The notes: generated by a model from the letters alone, not told the origin. DNA of 32,000 bases from Vibrio alginolyticus NBRC 15630 = ATCC 17749 (GCF_000354175.2 NC_022349.1:1410001-1442000), one strand, 5' to 3'; counted from the stretch's first letter, positions 1-11,241 are shown. Numbers and translations: made by a program.

Positions 1-2
1 CT

Positions 3-689
3 CTAAAATACATGGAAGGTGACGATACCGCTTGGGGCTGGCAAGTTGGTACAGCATGGCAGATCAATGAAAATAACCGTATCGGCTTCGCGTACAAATC
101 TGAAGTTGAACTGAAGCTTGAAGGCCATGCTGAAGGTCTTGGTTTTGGCTTCGGTACTTCTGAACGCGACAACGGCTACATGTATCTAAACCTGCCTGCA
201 ACGGCTGAGTTGGCAAGCTTCCACCAAGTAACAGACCAACTTGCGTTACACGCAAGCGTTAACTGGACGGATTGGAGCTCTTTCGAGAAATTGGAAGCAC
301 GTCTAAATACTGCTGGCACGCATATGGTTAAAGTAGAAAACTGGGAAGACAACTATCGCTTTGCTGTTGGTGCTACTTACCAGCTTGATCCTAAGCTAGC
401 GCTACGCACTGGTATTGCATACGATACTTCAGCGGTAAGCGACAAAAACCGCACGATTACTATTCCAGAAACTGACCGCACTTGGCTAAGTATTGGCGCA
501 ACGTACGATTGGACGAAAGACTTCAGCCTAGACGCTGGCTTCACCTATATTTTTGCGAAAGACGCACCAATCGTTGAGTCTCGTGGTTACAAGTCAGACG
601 ACACTGCAGAACAAGTCGGCGGCCAATTTGTAGGCGAAACTACGGGTAATGTTTGGCTAATCGGTGTTCAAGCAAACTACCGTTTCTAA
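3..689 (+). CDS. fadL: FadL-family long-chain fatty acid outer-membrane transporter, C-terminal part (5' end lies outside the window)
   Basis: The reading frame is open to the window edge, so the ATG at 12 is internal. The sequence shows an alternating beta-strand pattern rich in aromatics and Gly (DDTAWGWQVG, NWEDNYRFAVGATY, DRTWLSIGATYDW). It ends in ...QANYRF, the terminal-Phe signature of outer-membrane barrels. A strong terminator follows. Confidence 0.8.
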   Translation, partial: LKYMEGDDTAWGWQVGTAWQINENNRIGFAYKSEVELKLEGHAEGLGFGFGTSERDNGYMYLNLPATAELASFHQVTDQLALHASVNWTDWSSFEKLEARLNTAGTHMVKVENWEDNYRFAVGATYQLDPKLALRTGIAYDTSAVSDKNRTITIPETDRTWLSIGATYDWTKDFSLDAGFTYIFAKDAPIVESRGYKSDDTAEQVGGQFVGETTGNVWLIGVQANYRF

Positions 690-704
690 CCAAGCGGCAA
701 AATA

Positions 705-738
705 CAAAAAAGGCTTAGCATCAGCTAAGCCTTTTTTC
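705..738. terminator. Bidirectional rho-independent terminator between convergent fadL and mlaA
   Basis: A perfect 9-bp stem (aggcttagc at 711-719, gctaagcct at 724-732) with a 4-nt loop. It is flanked by an A-run (705-710) and a T-run (733-738), so either strand reads hairpin plus U-tract. Confidence 0.85.
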
Positions 739-763
739 ATTTCTCTATTGTGAAGAACAACGC

Positions 764-1537
764 TTAAAAGTCTTCTAGATATTCATCTAAATACTCTTCT
801 TCTTCGATGTTAACTTCTTCTACCGTTTCAACTTCTGCTTTAAAGTTTTGACGCTGGATATAAACATCGCGAGTAAGAATATATGGATCCGGCGACGAGT
901 CTAGCTGCGCTTCTTGCGGTACTAACAAAGCACGCTTCTCCATTCCTTCAAACGCCCACTTACCCAAACTCGCCCAGAAGTTGAGATAAGAGAGGGGTAA
1001 ATACGTACTATCTACGGTATCTGTCACTTCACGTAAGGTATACGGACCATAACCTGGAACCATGAAGTAAGGACCATTTCCAACACCATAGTGGCCTACT
1101 GCATCACTGAACGCTTTCTCGTCGTACTTCGTAATACCCGCGGCACTTGCAATATCGAATAAACCGAAAATACCGAACGTCGAGTTAATCCAAAAACGGT
1201 TAAAGTGGTCCACGGCTTTCGTACCATTACCCATGATTAAGTTATTAACCATGCTTGCTGGCTCATCTAAGTTCGATAAGAAGTTAGCGATACCAGAACG
1301 AATAGGAACTGGCGTGTATTCTACATACGCAAGTGATACAGGACGAACCAAATACGGATCTAAATATTCGTAGTTGAGTTCCCACATGGTTCGGTTAAAG
1401 CCTTCCAACGGGTCATACACATCAGAAGTCGTTTGATTTGTTTCTTGTCCTGTTACTGCTTCATCAGGCGCACTTGAACAGCCAACCAGTCCAACGGCTA
1501 ACAGCAACAAGAAGGTAGATTTACCCTTGTTATACAT
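764..1537 (-). CDS. mlaA: MlaA/VacJ outer-membrane lipoprotein (phospholipid asymmetry maintenance)
   Basis: Signal peptide plus lipobox (LLLAVGLVGC-SS). VacJ-family motif DPLEGFNRTMWELNYEYLD. Start chosen at the ATG at 1537 (MYNKGKS..., GGAA upstream). The ORF stays open to 1588 and there is another ATG at 1549. Confidence 0.85.
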   Translation of the reverse strand: MYNKGKSTFLLLLAVGLVGCSSAPDEAVTGQETNQTTSDVYDPLEGFNRTMWELNYEYLDPYLVRPVSLAYVEYTPVPIRSGIANFLSNLDEPASMVNNLIMGNGTKAVDHFNRFWINSTFGIFGLFDIASAAGITKYDEKAFSDAVGHYGVGNGPYFMVPGYGPYTLREVTDTVDSTYLPLSYLNFWASLGKWAFEGMEKRALLVPQEAQLDSSPDPYILTRDVYIQRQNFKAEVETVEEVNIEEEEYLDEYLEDF

Positions 1538-1636
1538 TTTATTTTCCATAACGACTATTAATGTACCTAAGTCACCCCGATTAACCATTGTACGTATGTT
1601 GAGCAGGATACATAGTAAAGATGACTCAGATATGGG

Positions 1637-1666
1637 AATAAATAAAGGCCAGCAATCGCTGGCCTT
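1637..1666 (-). terminator. Rho-independent terminator ending the ccm operon
   Basis: The minus-strand RNA reads AAGGCCAGC-GAUU-GCUGGCCUU (GC-rich 7-9 bp stem, 4-nt loop) followed by UUUAUUUAUU. It lies 88 nt downstream of the ccmI stop codon. Confidence 0.75.
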
Positions 1667-1753
1667 CGGTATTCTACTCGATCGTTTAGAGTCATACCAC
1701 TAAAGGCAACTGACTCTACCTCGTTGTCATGTTTCAGAGACAGATGTTAACAA

Positions 1754-2968
1754 TTAATACTGCTGATCAATGGTCACTTCTACTGGTGCGCCAAATTCAA
1801 CGACGTCACTTTCTCCGTGCCAATCTTGATCACGCGTTGCTACGTTACCGTCAGAATCTACACGCACACGGACGATTAGCTTATCGAGTGAAGATAACTT
1901 TTGCCCTTGCATCATGGCATTGCCATCATCTAATACGACTGTGCGAGGGAAAGTACCTAGCGGATAACGAGCAGCAGCCACAGGCATTGGAGAGCCATCT
2001 GAACGATGTACTGACACAATCAGAACTGCGTTTGGATCCAACTGAGCATTTGGTGCCACATTAATTGTCACAGCTACACTCTTATCCGGTGAAACCGCTT
2101 CGCCCATTTGCTTACGAGCACTCTCAATACTGCGTGACAACATCTCGTAGCGGCTATCTTCTGGACCAATCATTTGCTGCATGATTCCCCAGTACTTTAT
2201 GGCTGCCGGGAAGTCTTGACGCTCAAACGCATCGAACGCTAACAAAGAAAACACACGCAGATCGACATAGTCTTGCTGCATCAGCTTGCCGAGTAATGAG
2301 CGAGCCGTCGCTTGATCCATTTCCTCTTGAGACAGCATCAGAGCTTGTGCATAACCCAACATCACATCTGGGTCTTTTGGCTCTAGGCGGTACGATTTTT
2401 CCATCGCATCGATAGCTGTGGTGACATCACGATTTGCTAACGCAATACGACCTAGCAGTAACCAACCTGTCGAGTCTTCCGGCTGGTAATGTAAGCGAGT
2501 TCGAAGGGCTAGGGTCAAATCCGCCATTTCATCGTCACTCAGCGGCTCAGAAGAAGCCGACATCAGCTTTTTCGATAACTCAGGTAGATTTGCAGACACT
2601 TCTTGCCATTGAACAATATCGTCTGACGCGCCAAATTTATAATACAAACCATAGCTCAGCACCACCGTCAGAATTACCGATGGAACTAAAACCGCGATTG
2701 GAGAAACCTTGGTTTCTTTTTGCGCTTTATCACCAGGGATATCGTCAAGCAGTGATTGCTTTAGATCAGAAATCAGTTCGTCTTCACTTTCAACCAGACC
2801 TTCGTCAGTTTCTTCTGCAAGCTCAGATAGTCGGTCTTTATAAAATGCCTTGTTGAGCTCATCGCGTAACACATCATCATTGTTCGCTTTTTGTTTAAGC
2901 AGCGGCAAAGCCACCAGCGCACAAGCAATAAGCGTGAGAGCAACGGTGGAAATCCAAAATAGTGTCAT
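1754..2968 (-). CDS. ccmI: Cytochrome c-type biogenesis protein CcmI (CycH-like, TPR-containing; corresponds to the C-terminal half of E. coli CcmH)
   Basis: N-terminal transmembrane helix, a second transmembrane helix near residue 90, then a TPR-like region (LLLGRIALANRDVTTAIDAMEKSYRLEP...) and the C-terminal domain typical of CcmI. It is the last gene of the ccm operon. Its start overlaps the ccmH stop codon (TAATG). Confidence 0.85.
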   Translation of the reverse strand: MTLFWISTVALTLIACALVALPLLKQKANNDDVLRDELNKAFYKDRLSELAEETDEGLVESEDELISDLKQSLLDDIPGDKAQKETKVSPIAVLVPSVILTVVLSYGLYYKFGASDDIVQWQEVSANLPELSKKLMSASSEPLSDDEMADLTLALRTRLHYQPEDSTGWLLLGRIALANRDVTTAIDAMEKSYRLEPKDPDVMLGYAQALMLSQEEMDQATARSLLGKLMQQDYVDLRVFSLLAFDAFERQDFPAAIKYWGIMQQMIGPEDSRYEMLSRSIESARKQMGEAVSPDKSVAVTINVAPNAQLDPNAVLIVSVHRSDGSPMPVAAARYPLGTFPRTVVLDDGNAMMQGQKLSSLDKLIVRVRVDSDGNVATRDQDWHGESDVVEFGAPVEVTIDQQY

Positions 2969-3453
2969 TACTTCTTATCTCCGTTGTTCTCTTCTTCAAA
3001 CAATGCTTTTAAACGAGCTTCTTTTTGCTCATCCCATTGCTCGTCACTGCTCGCTTTTGCCTTAACTTTAGGTTTACGGCTACGCAGTACAATCAAACCA
3101 AAACCACCCAGTACTACAGCGAGTGGCCCTAGCCACAAAATCGCAGTCGCGACCGTAAATGGTGGGTTGTAAGTCACGAAGTTACCGTAACGGGCGATCA
3201 TGTAATCAACGATCTCATCTTTGGACTTACCTTCTTTGGTCATTTCGTACACCTTATGGCGTAAGTCCTGAGCAAGTTCAGCGTTAGAATCCGAGATCGT
3301 GTTGTTCTGACATTTAGGGCAACGGAGCGTATGGCTTAACTCTTTGAACTGCTGTTCTTGTTCCAAATTATCAAACTCGTACACTTCAATGGCCGCATGA
3401 GCAGCAAGAGATAATGTCATCGCAGCAAAAACGGCAAGAATTAGCTTTCTCAT
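2968..3453 (-). CDS. ccmH: Cytochrome c-type biogenesis protein CcmH (CcmL/NrfF family, CXXC)
   Basis: Signal peptide, conserved LRCPKCQNNTISDSNA motif and a C-terminal transmembrane helix. 4-nt ATGA overlap with ccmG. Confidence 0.9.
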   Translation of the reverse strand: MRKLILAVFAAMTLSLAAHAAIEVYEFDNLEQEQQFKELSHTLRCPKCQNNTISDSNAELAQDLRHKVYEMTKEGKSKDEIVDYMIARYGNFVTYNPPFTVATAILWLGPLAVVLGGFGLIVLRSRKPKVKAKASSDEQWDEQKEARLKALFEEENNGDKK

Positions 3454-4004
3454 TGCTTCGCCTCCTCAACCAATTTGTTGTAAAGCGGCTCCAGTGTTTC
3501 TGACCAATTACGTGGGTTTACATCCCCTACATGGCGATAGCGAATCACACCATTTGCATCAATAATGAATGTTTCTGGAGCACCATAAACACCAAGGTCA
3601 AGGCCAAGCATACCACTGCCATCAAATAGGCTGATCAAGTACGGGTTGCCGAGATCATTCAGCCAACCTATTGCTTTATTACGATCATCTTTGTAATTCA
3701 TACCGATGATCTTAACGCCCTTACCCGCCAATTCGTTTAGGTATTTATGCTCTGCATAACACGTTGGGCACCACGTTGCCCAAACGTTCAAGAGCAACGG
3801 TTCACCTTTAAAAATTGATTGGTCGTACTGTTTTCCAGGCTCAGCCAGATCTTCTAAATGAAATTCAGGAACTGGCTTACCAACCAAAACCGACTCCAAT
3901 TTAGTTGGATCATCGCCCTCTTGGTTACGCATTAATTGGGTTGCGAAAATGCCCGCTAGAATCATGAAAGCGACAAGCGGAATAAATAAGATTTTCTTAT
4001 TCAT
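3450..4004 (-). CDS. ccmG: Thiol:disulfide interchange protein CcmG/DsbE
   Basis: N-terminal membrane anchor, thioredoxin active site WATWCPTC, and the GVYGAPETF motif typical of DsbE/CcmG. Confidence 0.92.
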   Translation of the reverse strand: MNKKILFIPLVAFMILAGIFATQLMRNQEGDDPTKLESVLVGKPVPEFHLEDLAEPGKQYDQSIFKGEPLLLNVWATWCPTCYAEHKYLNELAGKGVKIIGMNYKDDRNKAIGWLNDLGNPYLISLFDGSGMLGLDLGVYGAPETFIIDANGVIRYRHVGDVNPRNWSETLEPLYNKLVEEAKQ

Positions 4005-4005
4005 G

Positions 4006-5982
4006 TTATGCCTCCTGCTCTTTTGACTTCGCGTTTTTCTTCGGCGATTTACGGAAGCGGTAGCGTTTATCAGAAATCGCTAGTGCGCCGCCTAATGCCA
4101 TAATCAAAGAGCCAGCCCAAATCCAACGAACGAACGGTTTATAGTAAATACGAACAGCCCAAGATCGGTTGTCGTCTAAACGTTCACCCATTGCAATGTA
4201 TAGGTCGCGGCTAATACCACGGTCAATGGCTGCTTCAGTCATCATAGACTTAGCCGTACGGTAGAAGCGCTTCTCTGCGTGAAGCGTATTCACGTATTTG
4301 CCATCATGTGTGATCTCAAAGTCTGCGATGTAGCCATCGTAGTTTGGACCATCTTTATCACGCAAGCCTGAGAAGTAGAAATCATAACCTTGAATTTGGA
4401 AGTGTTCGCCAGGTGCTAAACGTACATCTCGCTCGATGCTGTAGTTCTGTACCATCGCAATACCGATAACAGATACCGCCAGACCAACATGACCCAACAT
4501 CATTGCCCAGTGGCTACGTTGCAGCTTGCGAACACCTTCACTAAAGCTATGACGGTGCGTTGCTCGCTCGTACAATTCAAAGCCATGCATCGCAATAATC
4601 CAAATCGCCATCACCCAACCAATGTAAGCCATGGTTGAGAAGAAATCGGCAAACAGGTACACGCATAGCGCGGCCAAAGCGAAAGCAAGCACACCTGAAA
4701 CGAGCATTGGTTTCACAAGTTTAGATAAACTGTCTCGCTTCCAGCGAATAAGAGGACCAATACCAAGCAGAAAAGCAAATGGCATCATTAACCACGCAAA
4801 TAGCATGTCAAAGAATGGCGCACCGATAGAGACCGACCCCAAACCAAGCTGCTTGTGTACGAGCGGCAACAGTGTCCCCACTAACACCACAACAAGAGCG
4901 GCGATAAGTAATACGTTGTTGGCTAAGAGCGCATTTTCACGTGAGACTAAGTCGAAGTTACCTCGTACACGCACTGCTGCCCCTTTTACGGCAAACAGCA
5001 ATAAAGAGCCGCCGATAACGAAAACGAGGAAGCCTAGAATAAACATACCGCGCGACGGGTCAGACGCGAACGCGTGCACCGATACTAAAATACCGGAACG
5101 GACTAAGAAGGTGCCCAACAAACTCAACGAAAATGCAGAGATTGCCAATAGTACCGTCCACGCTTTAAATGTGCCGCGTTTTTCTGTCACGGCAAGAGAG
5201 TGCATTAATGCGGTACCCGCTAACCAAGGCATGAATGATGCGTTTTCTACTGGGTCCCAGAACCACCAGCCACCCCAGCCAAGTTCGTAGTAAGCCCACC
5301 AAGAACCTAGTGCGATACCAAGTGTTAAAAATACCCATGCTGCGGTTGTCCAAGGACGAGACCAACGAGCCCAAGCCGTGTCAAGGCGTCCGGTCATTAG
5401 GGATGCGATAGCAAAAGAGAACGCAACCGAGAAACCAACATAGCCCATGTAAAGCATTGGCGGGTGAACAATTAAACCAGGGTCTTGAAGCAGAGGGTTC
5501 AAGTCACGTCCGTCAACCGGGAAGAACGGTAACGTACGTAGGAATGGATTTGACGTTAAGATGATAAACAGTAGGAAACCCACTGAGATCATGCCCATAA
5601 CAGCAAGTACACGTGCAACCGACTCTTGCGGCATACCACGACTAAACGTCGCTACAGCGACAGTCCAAGCAGCTTGGATTAACACCCATAGCAACAGTGA
5701 ACCTTCGTGTGCACCCCATACTGCGGTTAAACGGTAGTACCAAGGAAGCTGACTATTCGAGTTGCTCGCTACATACTGTAACGTGAAGTCGTTGGTATAA
5801 AATCCCCAACATAAAATGGCGAAAGAGAACAACAGCATCAGGAACATAGACCAAGATAGCGGTCGCGCTGTGTTCATGAGCATGGTGTTATTATTCGATG
5901 CTCCCCACAATGGCAATACGCTCAACAGCACTGCCATTGCAAGCGAAAGAATGAGAGCAAAGTGACCGATTTCAGCAATCAT
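4006..5982 (-). CDS. ccmF: Cytochrome c heme lyase subunit CcmF
   Basis: 658-aa polytopic membrane protein with the WWD motif [14 protein letters not shown] and conserved His residues. Flanked by ccmE and ccmG. Confidence 0.93.
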   Translation of the reverse strand: MIAEIGHFALILSLAMAVLLSVLPLWGASNNNTMLMNTARPLSWSMFLMLLFSFAILCWGFYTNDFTLQYVASNSNSQLPWYYRLTAVWGAHEGSLLLWVLIQAAWTVAVATFSRGMPQESVARVLAVMGMISVGFLLFIILTSNPFLRTLPFFPVDGRDLNPLLQDPGLIVHPPMLYMGYVGFSVAFSFAIASLMTGRLDTAWARWSRPWTTAAWVFLTLGIALGSWWAYYELGWGGWWFWDPVENASFMPWLAGTALMHSLAVTEKRGTFKAWTVLLAISAFSLSLLGTFLVRSGILVSVHAFASDPSRGMFILGFLVFVIGGSLLLFAVKGAAVRVRGNFDLVSRENALLANNVLLIAALVVVLVGTLLPLVHKQLGLGSVSIGAPFFDMLFAWLMMPFAFLLGIGPLIRWKRDSLSKLVKPMLVSGVLAFALAALCVYLFADFFSTMAYIGWVMAIWIIAMHGFELYERATHRHSFSEGVRKLQRSHWAMMLGHVGLAVSVIGIAMVQNYSIERDVRLAPGEHFQIQGYDFYFSGLRDKDGPNYDGYIADFEITHDGKYVNTLHAEKRFYRTAKSMMTEAAIDRGISRDLYIAMGERLDDNRSWAVRIYYKPFVRWIWAGSLIMALGGALAISDKRYRFRKSPKKNAKSKEQEA

Positions 5983-6464
5983 TGGCCGCTTCCTTGTTTC
6001 TGTTCGGTGCTGTATTGAAGCGGTTCATGCGTTTTCTTCATCGCTTCTGCAATTTCTGGTGGCATGTATTCTTCATCGTGCTTCGCTAGGACCTCAAATG
6101 CCTCAACTGTCGTGGCATCTTTCAGTACACCTTGAGCAACAATACCCTGCCCTTCACGGAACAAGTCAGGAAGAATACCGTCATAGGTAATCGTCACTTT
6201 CGGACCGACATCGTGCAGGTCAAAACTCACTTTCAAAGAATTAGGATCTCGACGAACTGAGCCCACAACCACCATTCCACCGATACGCAGACGCTGGCCT
6301 ACTTCTGGCTTGGTGCCATCTGGCTTACCATTAACCAATTCCGTTGGAGTATAGAAAAGGTCCATATTTTGGTTAAGCGCATAAAGTATCAAACCAATGG
6401 TGGCACTAATACCGATAAAGATCGCTAGTACAATACCTAGCCTCTTTTTACGTCTCGGGTTCAT
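5979..6464 (-). CDS. ccmE: Heme chaperone CcmE
   Basis: N-terminal anchor, OB-fold region ([13 protein letters not shown]) and the heme-binding His context [13 protein letters not shown]. 4-nt overlaps on both sides. Confidence 0.93.
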   Translation of the reverse strand: MNPRRKKRLGIVLAIFIGISATIGLILYALNQNMDLFYTPTELVNGKPDGTKPEVGQRLRIGGMVVVGSVRRDPNSLKVSFDLHDVGPKVTITYDGILPDLFREGQGIVAQGVLKDATTVEAFEVLAKHDEEYMPPEIAEAMKKTHEPLQYSTEQKQGSGQ

Positions 6465-6667
6465 AAGGTGTTCTCCATGTTCTTCGCTGCGTCGATACGA
6501 GCTTGACGGTCAATTTTTGCTTTCACTTCTTTCAATAATGCATCACCGCGGCGAAGGCTAGTGATCAGAAGAATCAGCATGGATAAGAAAGTAATACCAA
6601 ACGCACTCCATACGTATGATGCGTAGCCACCCATGGCAAAAAAGTCGCTCAGAGATTCAAAATGCAT
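6461..6667 (-). CDS. ccmD: Heme exporter protein CcmD
   Basis: 68-aa single-pass membrane protein ([18 protein letters not shown]) lying between ccmC and ccmE, as in all system I operons. Confidence 0.85.
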   Translation of the reverse strand: MHFESLSDFFAMGGYASYVWSAFGITFLSMLILLITSLRRGDALLKEVKAKIDRQARIDAAKNMENTL

Positions 6668-6678
6668 AATCAGTTACC

Positions 6679-7422
6679 TCACTGAGTTTGTTCTGTTGCG
6701 AGTTTGCGCACCCAAGGGCGGTGACTTTCTTTACTGATGATTTCGTTACGAAAACGGACCATCGTCACGGCACCAAAGAAGAACGCAAAGCCAAAGATGT
6801 TCAGCAATAACGGCCAAAGCATGTCGGATGAAATAGAAGGTTGTTCAAATTTCGTGATCGTCGCACCTTGATGAAGCGTGTTCCACCATTCCACGGAAAA
6901 GTGAATGATAGGTAGGTTTACTACGCCTACGATCGCTAAAATACCAGCAGCTTTTGCGGCGGTTTTTTGATCGTCAAACGCATGGTAAAGCGCAATCACA
7001 CCAAGGTAGAGAAATAGAAGAATCAATTCAGATGTAAGACGGGCATCCCATACCCACCAAGTGCCCCACATAGGCTTGCCCCAAACAGCACCTGTAAGTA
7101 GAGCAATAAAAGTAAATACTGCACCAATCGGAGCCATCGCAAGTGCCGCCATATCAGATAGGCGAACTTGCCATACTAGGCCAATAAATGCAGCGATCGC
7201 CATCGACATATAAACGCCCATAGACCAAATAGCTGATGGGACATGAATGTAGATGATTCGGAAACTGTCACCTTGTTGGTAATCTGAAGGCGCAAATGCA
7301 AGCCCCCAAACCGTACCAACCGATAAGCATACGAGGGCCAATACAGAAAACCAAGGCAGAAACTTACCACTCAAACGATAAGCTGCTTCTGGCTTGGCAT
7401 AAGGATGTAGCCATTTCCACAT
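6679..7422 (-). CDS. ccmC: Heme exporter protein CcmC
   Basis: Begins MWKWLHPYAKP..., as CcmC proteins do. WWD motif WGTWWVWDARLTSE. Six predicted transmembrane segments. Confidence 0.92.
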   Translation of the reverse strand: MWKWLHPYAKPEAAYRLSGKFLPWFSVLALVCLSVGTVWGLAFAPSDYQQGDSFRIIYIHVPSAIWSMGVYMSMAIAAFIGLVWQVRLSDMAALAMAPIGAVFTFIALLTGAVWGKPMWGTWWVWDARLTSELILLFLYLGVIALYHAFDDQKTAAKAAGILAIVGVVNLPIIHFSVEWWNTLHQGATITKFEQPSISSDMLWPLLLNIFGFAFFFGAVTMVRFRNEIISKESHRPWVRKLATEQTQ

Positions 7423-7531
7423 GTTTTGTTCTCACTCTTACTTCAGGGACACTGTCTAAAGGGTTGAGACCGTAGCAGTGCTTTAATAATAATTCTTTGA
7501 TCAAGCGCCGCTTCATTGGCACTTTATTGAG

Positions 7532-8209
7532 TTAGTTGACACTAACTCGTAATGCGGCACTGATGGCAAAAGGCGTTAATGTCATCGCCCCCATTAGCAT
7601 CGCACCTAAAATCGCTAGTTGACCGTTATACGCCATACCGAGTGCGGCAGCATCAATTGCCGATGTTGCGAAAATCAAAATTGGGATGTAGAGCGGAAGA
7701 ATAAGCAAACTCAAAAGAACGCCACCCTTTTGCAACCCAACAGTCAACGCCACACCAATGGCGCCAATAAAACTTAGTGTTGGTGTACCGATCATCAAGG
7801 TTAATACAACCGATAGCCAAGTATTGAAGTCGAGCGAAAGTAAAACCGCCAATAATGGGCTAATTAAAATCAGAGGTAACCCTGTTAACAACCAATGTGC
7901 TATGACCTTTGAAACCACTACAAGTTGCAATGGAATCGGCATTAGCATCATTTGTTCTAGTGCACCGTCTTGAAAATCATCACGAAATAGACGCTCTAAT
8001 GATAATAAGGCGGACAGCAATGCGGCAACCCAAACGATGCCCGCTGCAATACGTGCTAACAAATTAGGTTCTGGTCCAATACTCAGAGGAAAGAGAGTAA
8101 TGACAATAATAAAGAACCACAGCGGGTTTAGAATGTCTGCCTGACGGCGAAATGCGATTAGGAGCTCACGACGAATGATGGTGGTCATCGAGGAAATCAT
8201 ATCAGTCAC
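7532..8209 (-). CDS. ccmB: Heme exporter ABC permease CcmB
   Basis: 225-aa polytopic membrane protein with a CcmB-like N-terminus ([21 protein letters not shown]). 8-nt overlap with ccmA. Confidence 0.9.
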   Translation of the reverse strand: MTDMISSMTTIIRRELLIAFRRQADILNPLWFFIIVITLFPLSIGPEPNLLARIAAGIVWVAALLSALLSLERLFRDDFQDGALEQMMLMPIPLQLVVVSKVIAHWLLTGLPLILISPLLAVLLSLDFNTWLSVVLTLMIGTPTLSFIGAIGVALTVGLQKGGVLLSLLILPLYIPILIFATSAIDAAALGMAYNGQLAILGAMLMGAMTLTPFAISAALRVSVN

Positions 8210-8819
8210 CCAGCTTTATTTTTCTAAGTTTCGGGCTGTCCGCAAACATATCTTGATGCGTCGTCAACACAACAATACCGCCATTATCAGCATGACTTGC
8301 GAACAAAGATTCAAGCACCTTGACGCCTTGCTTATCAATGGCAGTCAACGGCTCATCTAAAATCCATAAAATTTGCTTACTGAGCCATAACCTTGCCAAT
8401 GCGACTCGTCGTTGCTGACCTGCGGAAAGTTGTGCTACAGGCACATCTTCTCGACCAGCTAATCCTACTTGAGTCAAAGCGATAAAGATTTCTTCGTCTG
8501 AAGAGCGATTATTTTGAATAGATTGATAAAAACGTAAGTTTTCTAATGCGGTAAGCTCTCGTTTCACTCCTGTTTGATGTCCTAAGAAAAGCAGATCTTG
8601 ATGGAAAACATCACGAGATTTTTCAACCTCTTCGCCTTTCCATTTAATGACACCTTCTTCTCTATCACCTAACCCTGTCACAATCCGTAGCAATGTAGTT
8701 TTACCAGTACCATTACGCCCTTCGATCTGGACCAATTCACCAGGCTTAATTTCAAACTGCAGGTTTTCAAACAGAACCCTTTCATCACGGATTGCTGTCA
8801 GGTTAGACACTTCTAACAT
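8202..8819 (-). CDS. ccmA: Cytochrome c biogenesis ABC ATPase CcmA
   Basis: Walker [13 protein letters not shown] signature LSAGQQRR, Walker B LWILDEP. It is the first gene of the ccm operon. Confidence 0.92.
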   Translation of the reverse strand: MLEVSNLTAIRDERVLFENLQFEIKPGELVQIEGRNGTGKTTLLRIVTGLGDREEGVIKWKGEEVEKSRDVFHQDLLFLGHQTGVKRELTALENLRFYQSIQNNRSSDEEIFIALTQVGLAGREDVPVAQLSAGQQRRVALARLWLSKQILWILDEPLTAIDKQGVKVLESLFASHADNGGIVVLTTHQDMFADSPKLRKIKLGD

Positions 8820-8850
8820 AGAGCTTCAACTAAAAAATGAACGAGCCGCT

Positions 8851-8880
8851 ATATTAGCACAGCTTAGTTATGACAAAACA
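8851..8880 (-). promoter_or_regulatory. Candidate sigma70 extended -10 promoter for ccmA
   Basis: The minus strand reads TGTTTTGTCATAACTAAGCTGTGCTAATAT. TGcTAATAT (8859-8851) matches the extended -10 form TGnTATAAT. The -35 region is poor. The -10 hexamer ends 31 nt before the ccmA ATG. This rests on a sequence match only. Confidence 0.3.
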
Positions 8881-9063
8881 GGATAAGAGGGCTAGGTTAC
8901 ATGTAAGTTCATGTATTTTTGTTAATTAATCATCACACTTTAATAAAATTAACTATAAGTAGTTATAAGCGCTCATTTTGAATTTGAGAGGCCAGAGCTA
9001 AGAGCAAGAACGACTGAAGGTTATCTAGGGTTGTATTGAAGAAGAGCATTAGCGGCTAAAAAC

Positions 9064-9093
9064 AAAAAAGAGGCGTAATAACGCCTCTTTTTT
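9064..9093 (-). terminator. Rho-independent terminator ending the flagellar/chemotaxis transcription unit (symmetrical, so potentially bidirectional)
   Basis: Stem gaggcgt (9070-9076) / acgcctc (9081-9087) with loop aata. An A-run (9064-9069) and a T-run (9088-9093) flank it. It lies 15 nt downstream of the stop codon of the DUF2802 gene. Confidence 0.85.
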
Positions 9094-9108
9094 ATCGCTT
9101 GATAACCT

Positions 9109-9609
9109 TTAGCGTCGACGACGTCCACGCGTTGGATATTCTGCATCATCTGATGGCTGACCACTTAATGGTGGAATCTTCTCTTTCCCCGCCAGTTTCT
9201 TCTGCAGTGAAAGCATCAACTCAGCTTCGGCTTTTGGTAGTTCGCACTCTTCAATCAGCTCGTTGATATCAGCGCCAAGCTGTACCATTTTAGAAGCGCG
9301 ACTGTACAAGCGACCATCAGTATCAGCGTGTTCGAGTTCGCGAATTCTCTCGTTTAAGTGCTGAATAATGTCTTGTTGCTCCGTCACTTTTTGTCCAAGA
9401 CCAACGACAACCGAGCGCACTTCGAGTAACTGCTTACTCAACTTTTGCACTTCTTTATCTGCGTGTCGAGATTGAGCTCGTTGTTGGTCTAACTGCTTTT
9501 GTAACCCAGAGCGAATCCGCAGTTGCAAAACAACCAAAACTAACACAATAAAAGCGACGCCACCCGCAAGGAATGGAGCAGATAAAAGAGTCTCTTCAGC
9601 CATCATCAT
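9109..9609 (-). CDS. Membrane-anchored coiled-coil protein, DUF2802-like; conserved last gene of the chemotaxis operon, function unknown
   Basis: One N-terminal transmembrane helix (FLAGGVAFIVLVLVVL), a long heptad-like region, then a C-terminal block LYSRASKMVQLGADINELIEECELPKAEAELMLSL. I recognise that block as the DUF2802 type found downstream of cheW in Vibrio and Pseudomonas clusters. Basic RGRRRR tail. Three consecutive ATG codons at the start. Confidence 0.7.
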   Translation of the reverse strand: MMMAEETLLSAPFLAGGVAFIVLVLVVLQLRIRSGLQKQLDQQRAQSRHADKEVQKLSKQLLEVRSVVVGLGQKVTEQQDIIQHLNERIRELEHADTDGRLYSRASKMVQLGADINELIEECELPKAEAELMLSLQKKLAGKEKIPPLSGQPSDDAEYPTRGRRRR

Positions 9610-9616
9610 TCAGCCA

Positions 9617-10111
9617 TTAAAGGTGAGCCATCTCGTCCCACTCGTCATCTGTTAGCAGCTTGTTCAAATCCACAAGGATAAGAAGCTTGCCGTCACGGTT
9701 GCTCACACCCTGGATGAACTTCGCACTCTCGTCGGTACCAACAGAAGGCGTCGTATCAATTTCAGAAGAACGCAGATAAACGACTTCTGCCACGCTATCT
9801 ACTAAGATACCAATCACTTGACGCTCTGACTCGATCACAATAATACGAGTGTTGTCGGTGACTTCGCCTTCCATCAGGCCAAAACGTGAACGTGTATCGA
9901 TAACAGTAACTACATTACCGCGTAGGTTGATGATACCAAGTACATAATCTGGTGCACCTGGAACAGGGGCAATTTCAGTATAACGAAGTACTTCACGAAC
10001 TTGCATTACGTTGATGCCGTACGTTTCTTCTTCTAGCTGGAACGTCACCCACTGAAGAACTTCGTCATTCGATGCATCTTTCTTCACTTCTACTTCAAAA
10101 GCTTGAGACAT
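9617..10111 (-). CDS. cheW: Chemotaxis coupling protein CheW
   Basis: 164 aa consisting of a single CheW domain (QWVTFQLEEETYGINVMQVREVL..., GIINLRGNVVTVIDTR, IGILVDSVAEV). Confidence 0.92.
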   Translation of the reverse strand: MSQAFEVEVKKDASNDEVLQWVTFQLEEETYGINVMQVREVLRYTEIAPVPGAPDYVLGIINLRGNVVTVIDTRSRFGLMEGEVTDNTRIIVIESERQVIGILVDSVAEVVYLRSSEIDTTPSVGTDESAKFIQGVSNRDGKLLILVDLNKLLTDDEWDEMAHL

Positions 10112-10146
10112 AGTTAATCCTCGTTAATGTCGTTCCCGACTTAAAT

Positions 10147-11230
<1,084 letters not shown>

Positions 11231-11241
<11 letters not shown>

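Noticed and set aside
7363-7516. A 51-codon minus-strand ORF (MKRRLIKELLLKHCYGLNPLDS...) starts in the ccmB-ccmC gap and runs out of frame into ccmC.
   Set aside because: It has no Shine-Dalgarno sequence and no recognisable features, and it overlaps the well-supported ccmC start in a different frame.
8887-9093. The AT-rich region between the che-operon terminator and ccmA might encode a plus-strand sRNA. A TTGTTA-N16/17-TAATAA promoter-like string near 8920-8946 would read into the symmetrical terminator at 9064-9093.
   Set aside because: The promoter match is weak in a region that is AT-rich anyway. The terminator and the region are fully explained as the che terminator plus the ccmA promoter/leader region, and nothing else in the sequence supports an sRNA. 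Transcriptome data would be needed.
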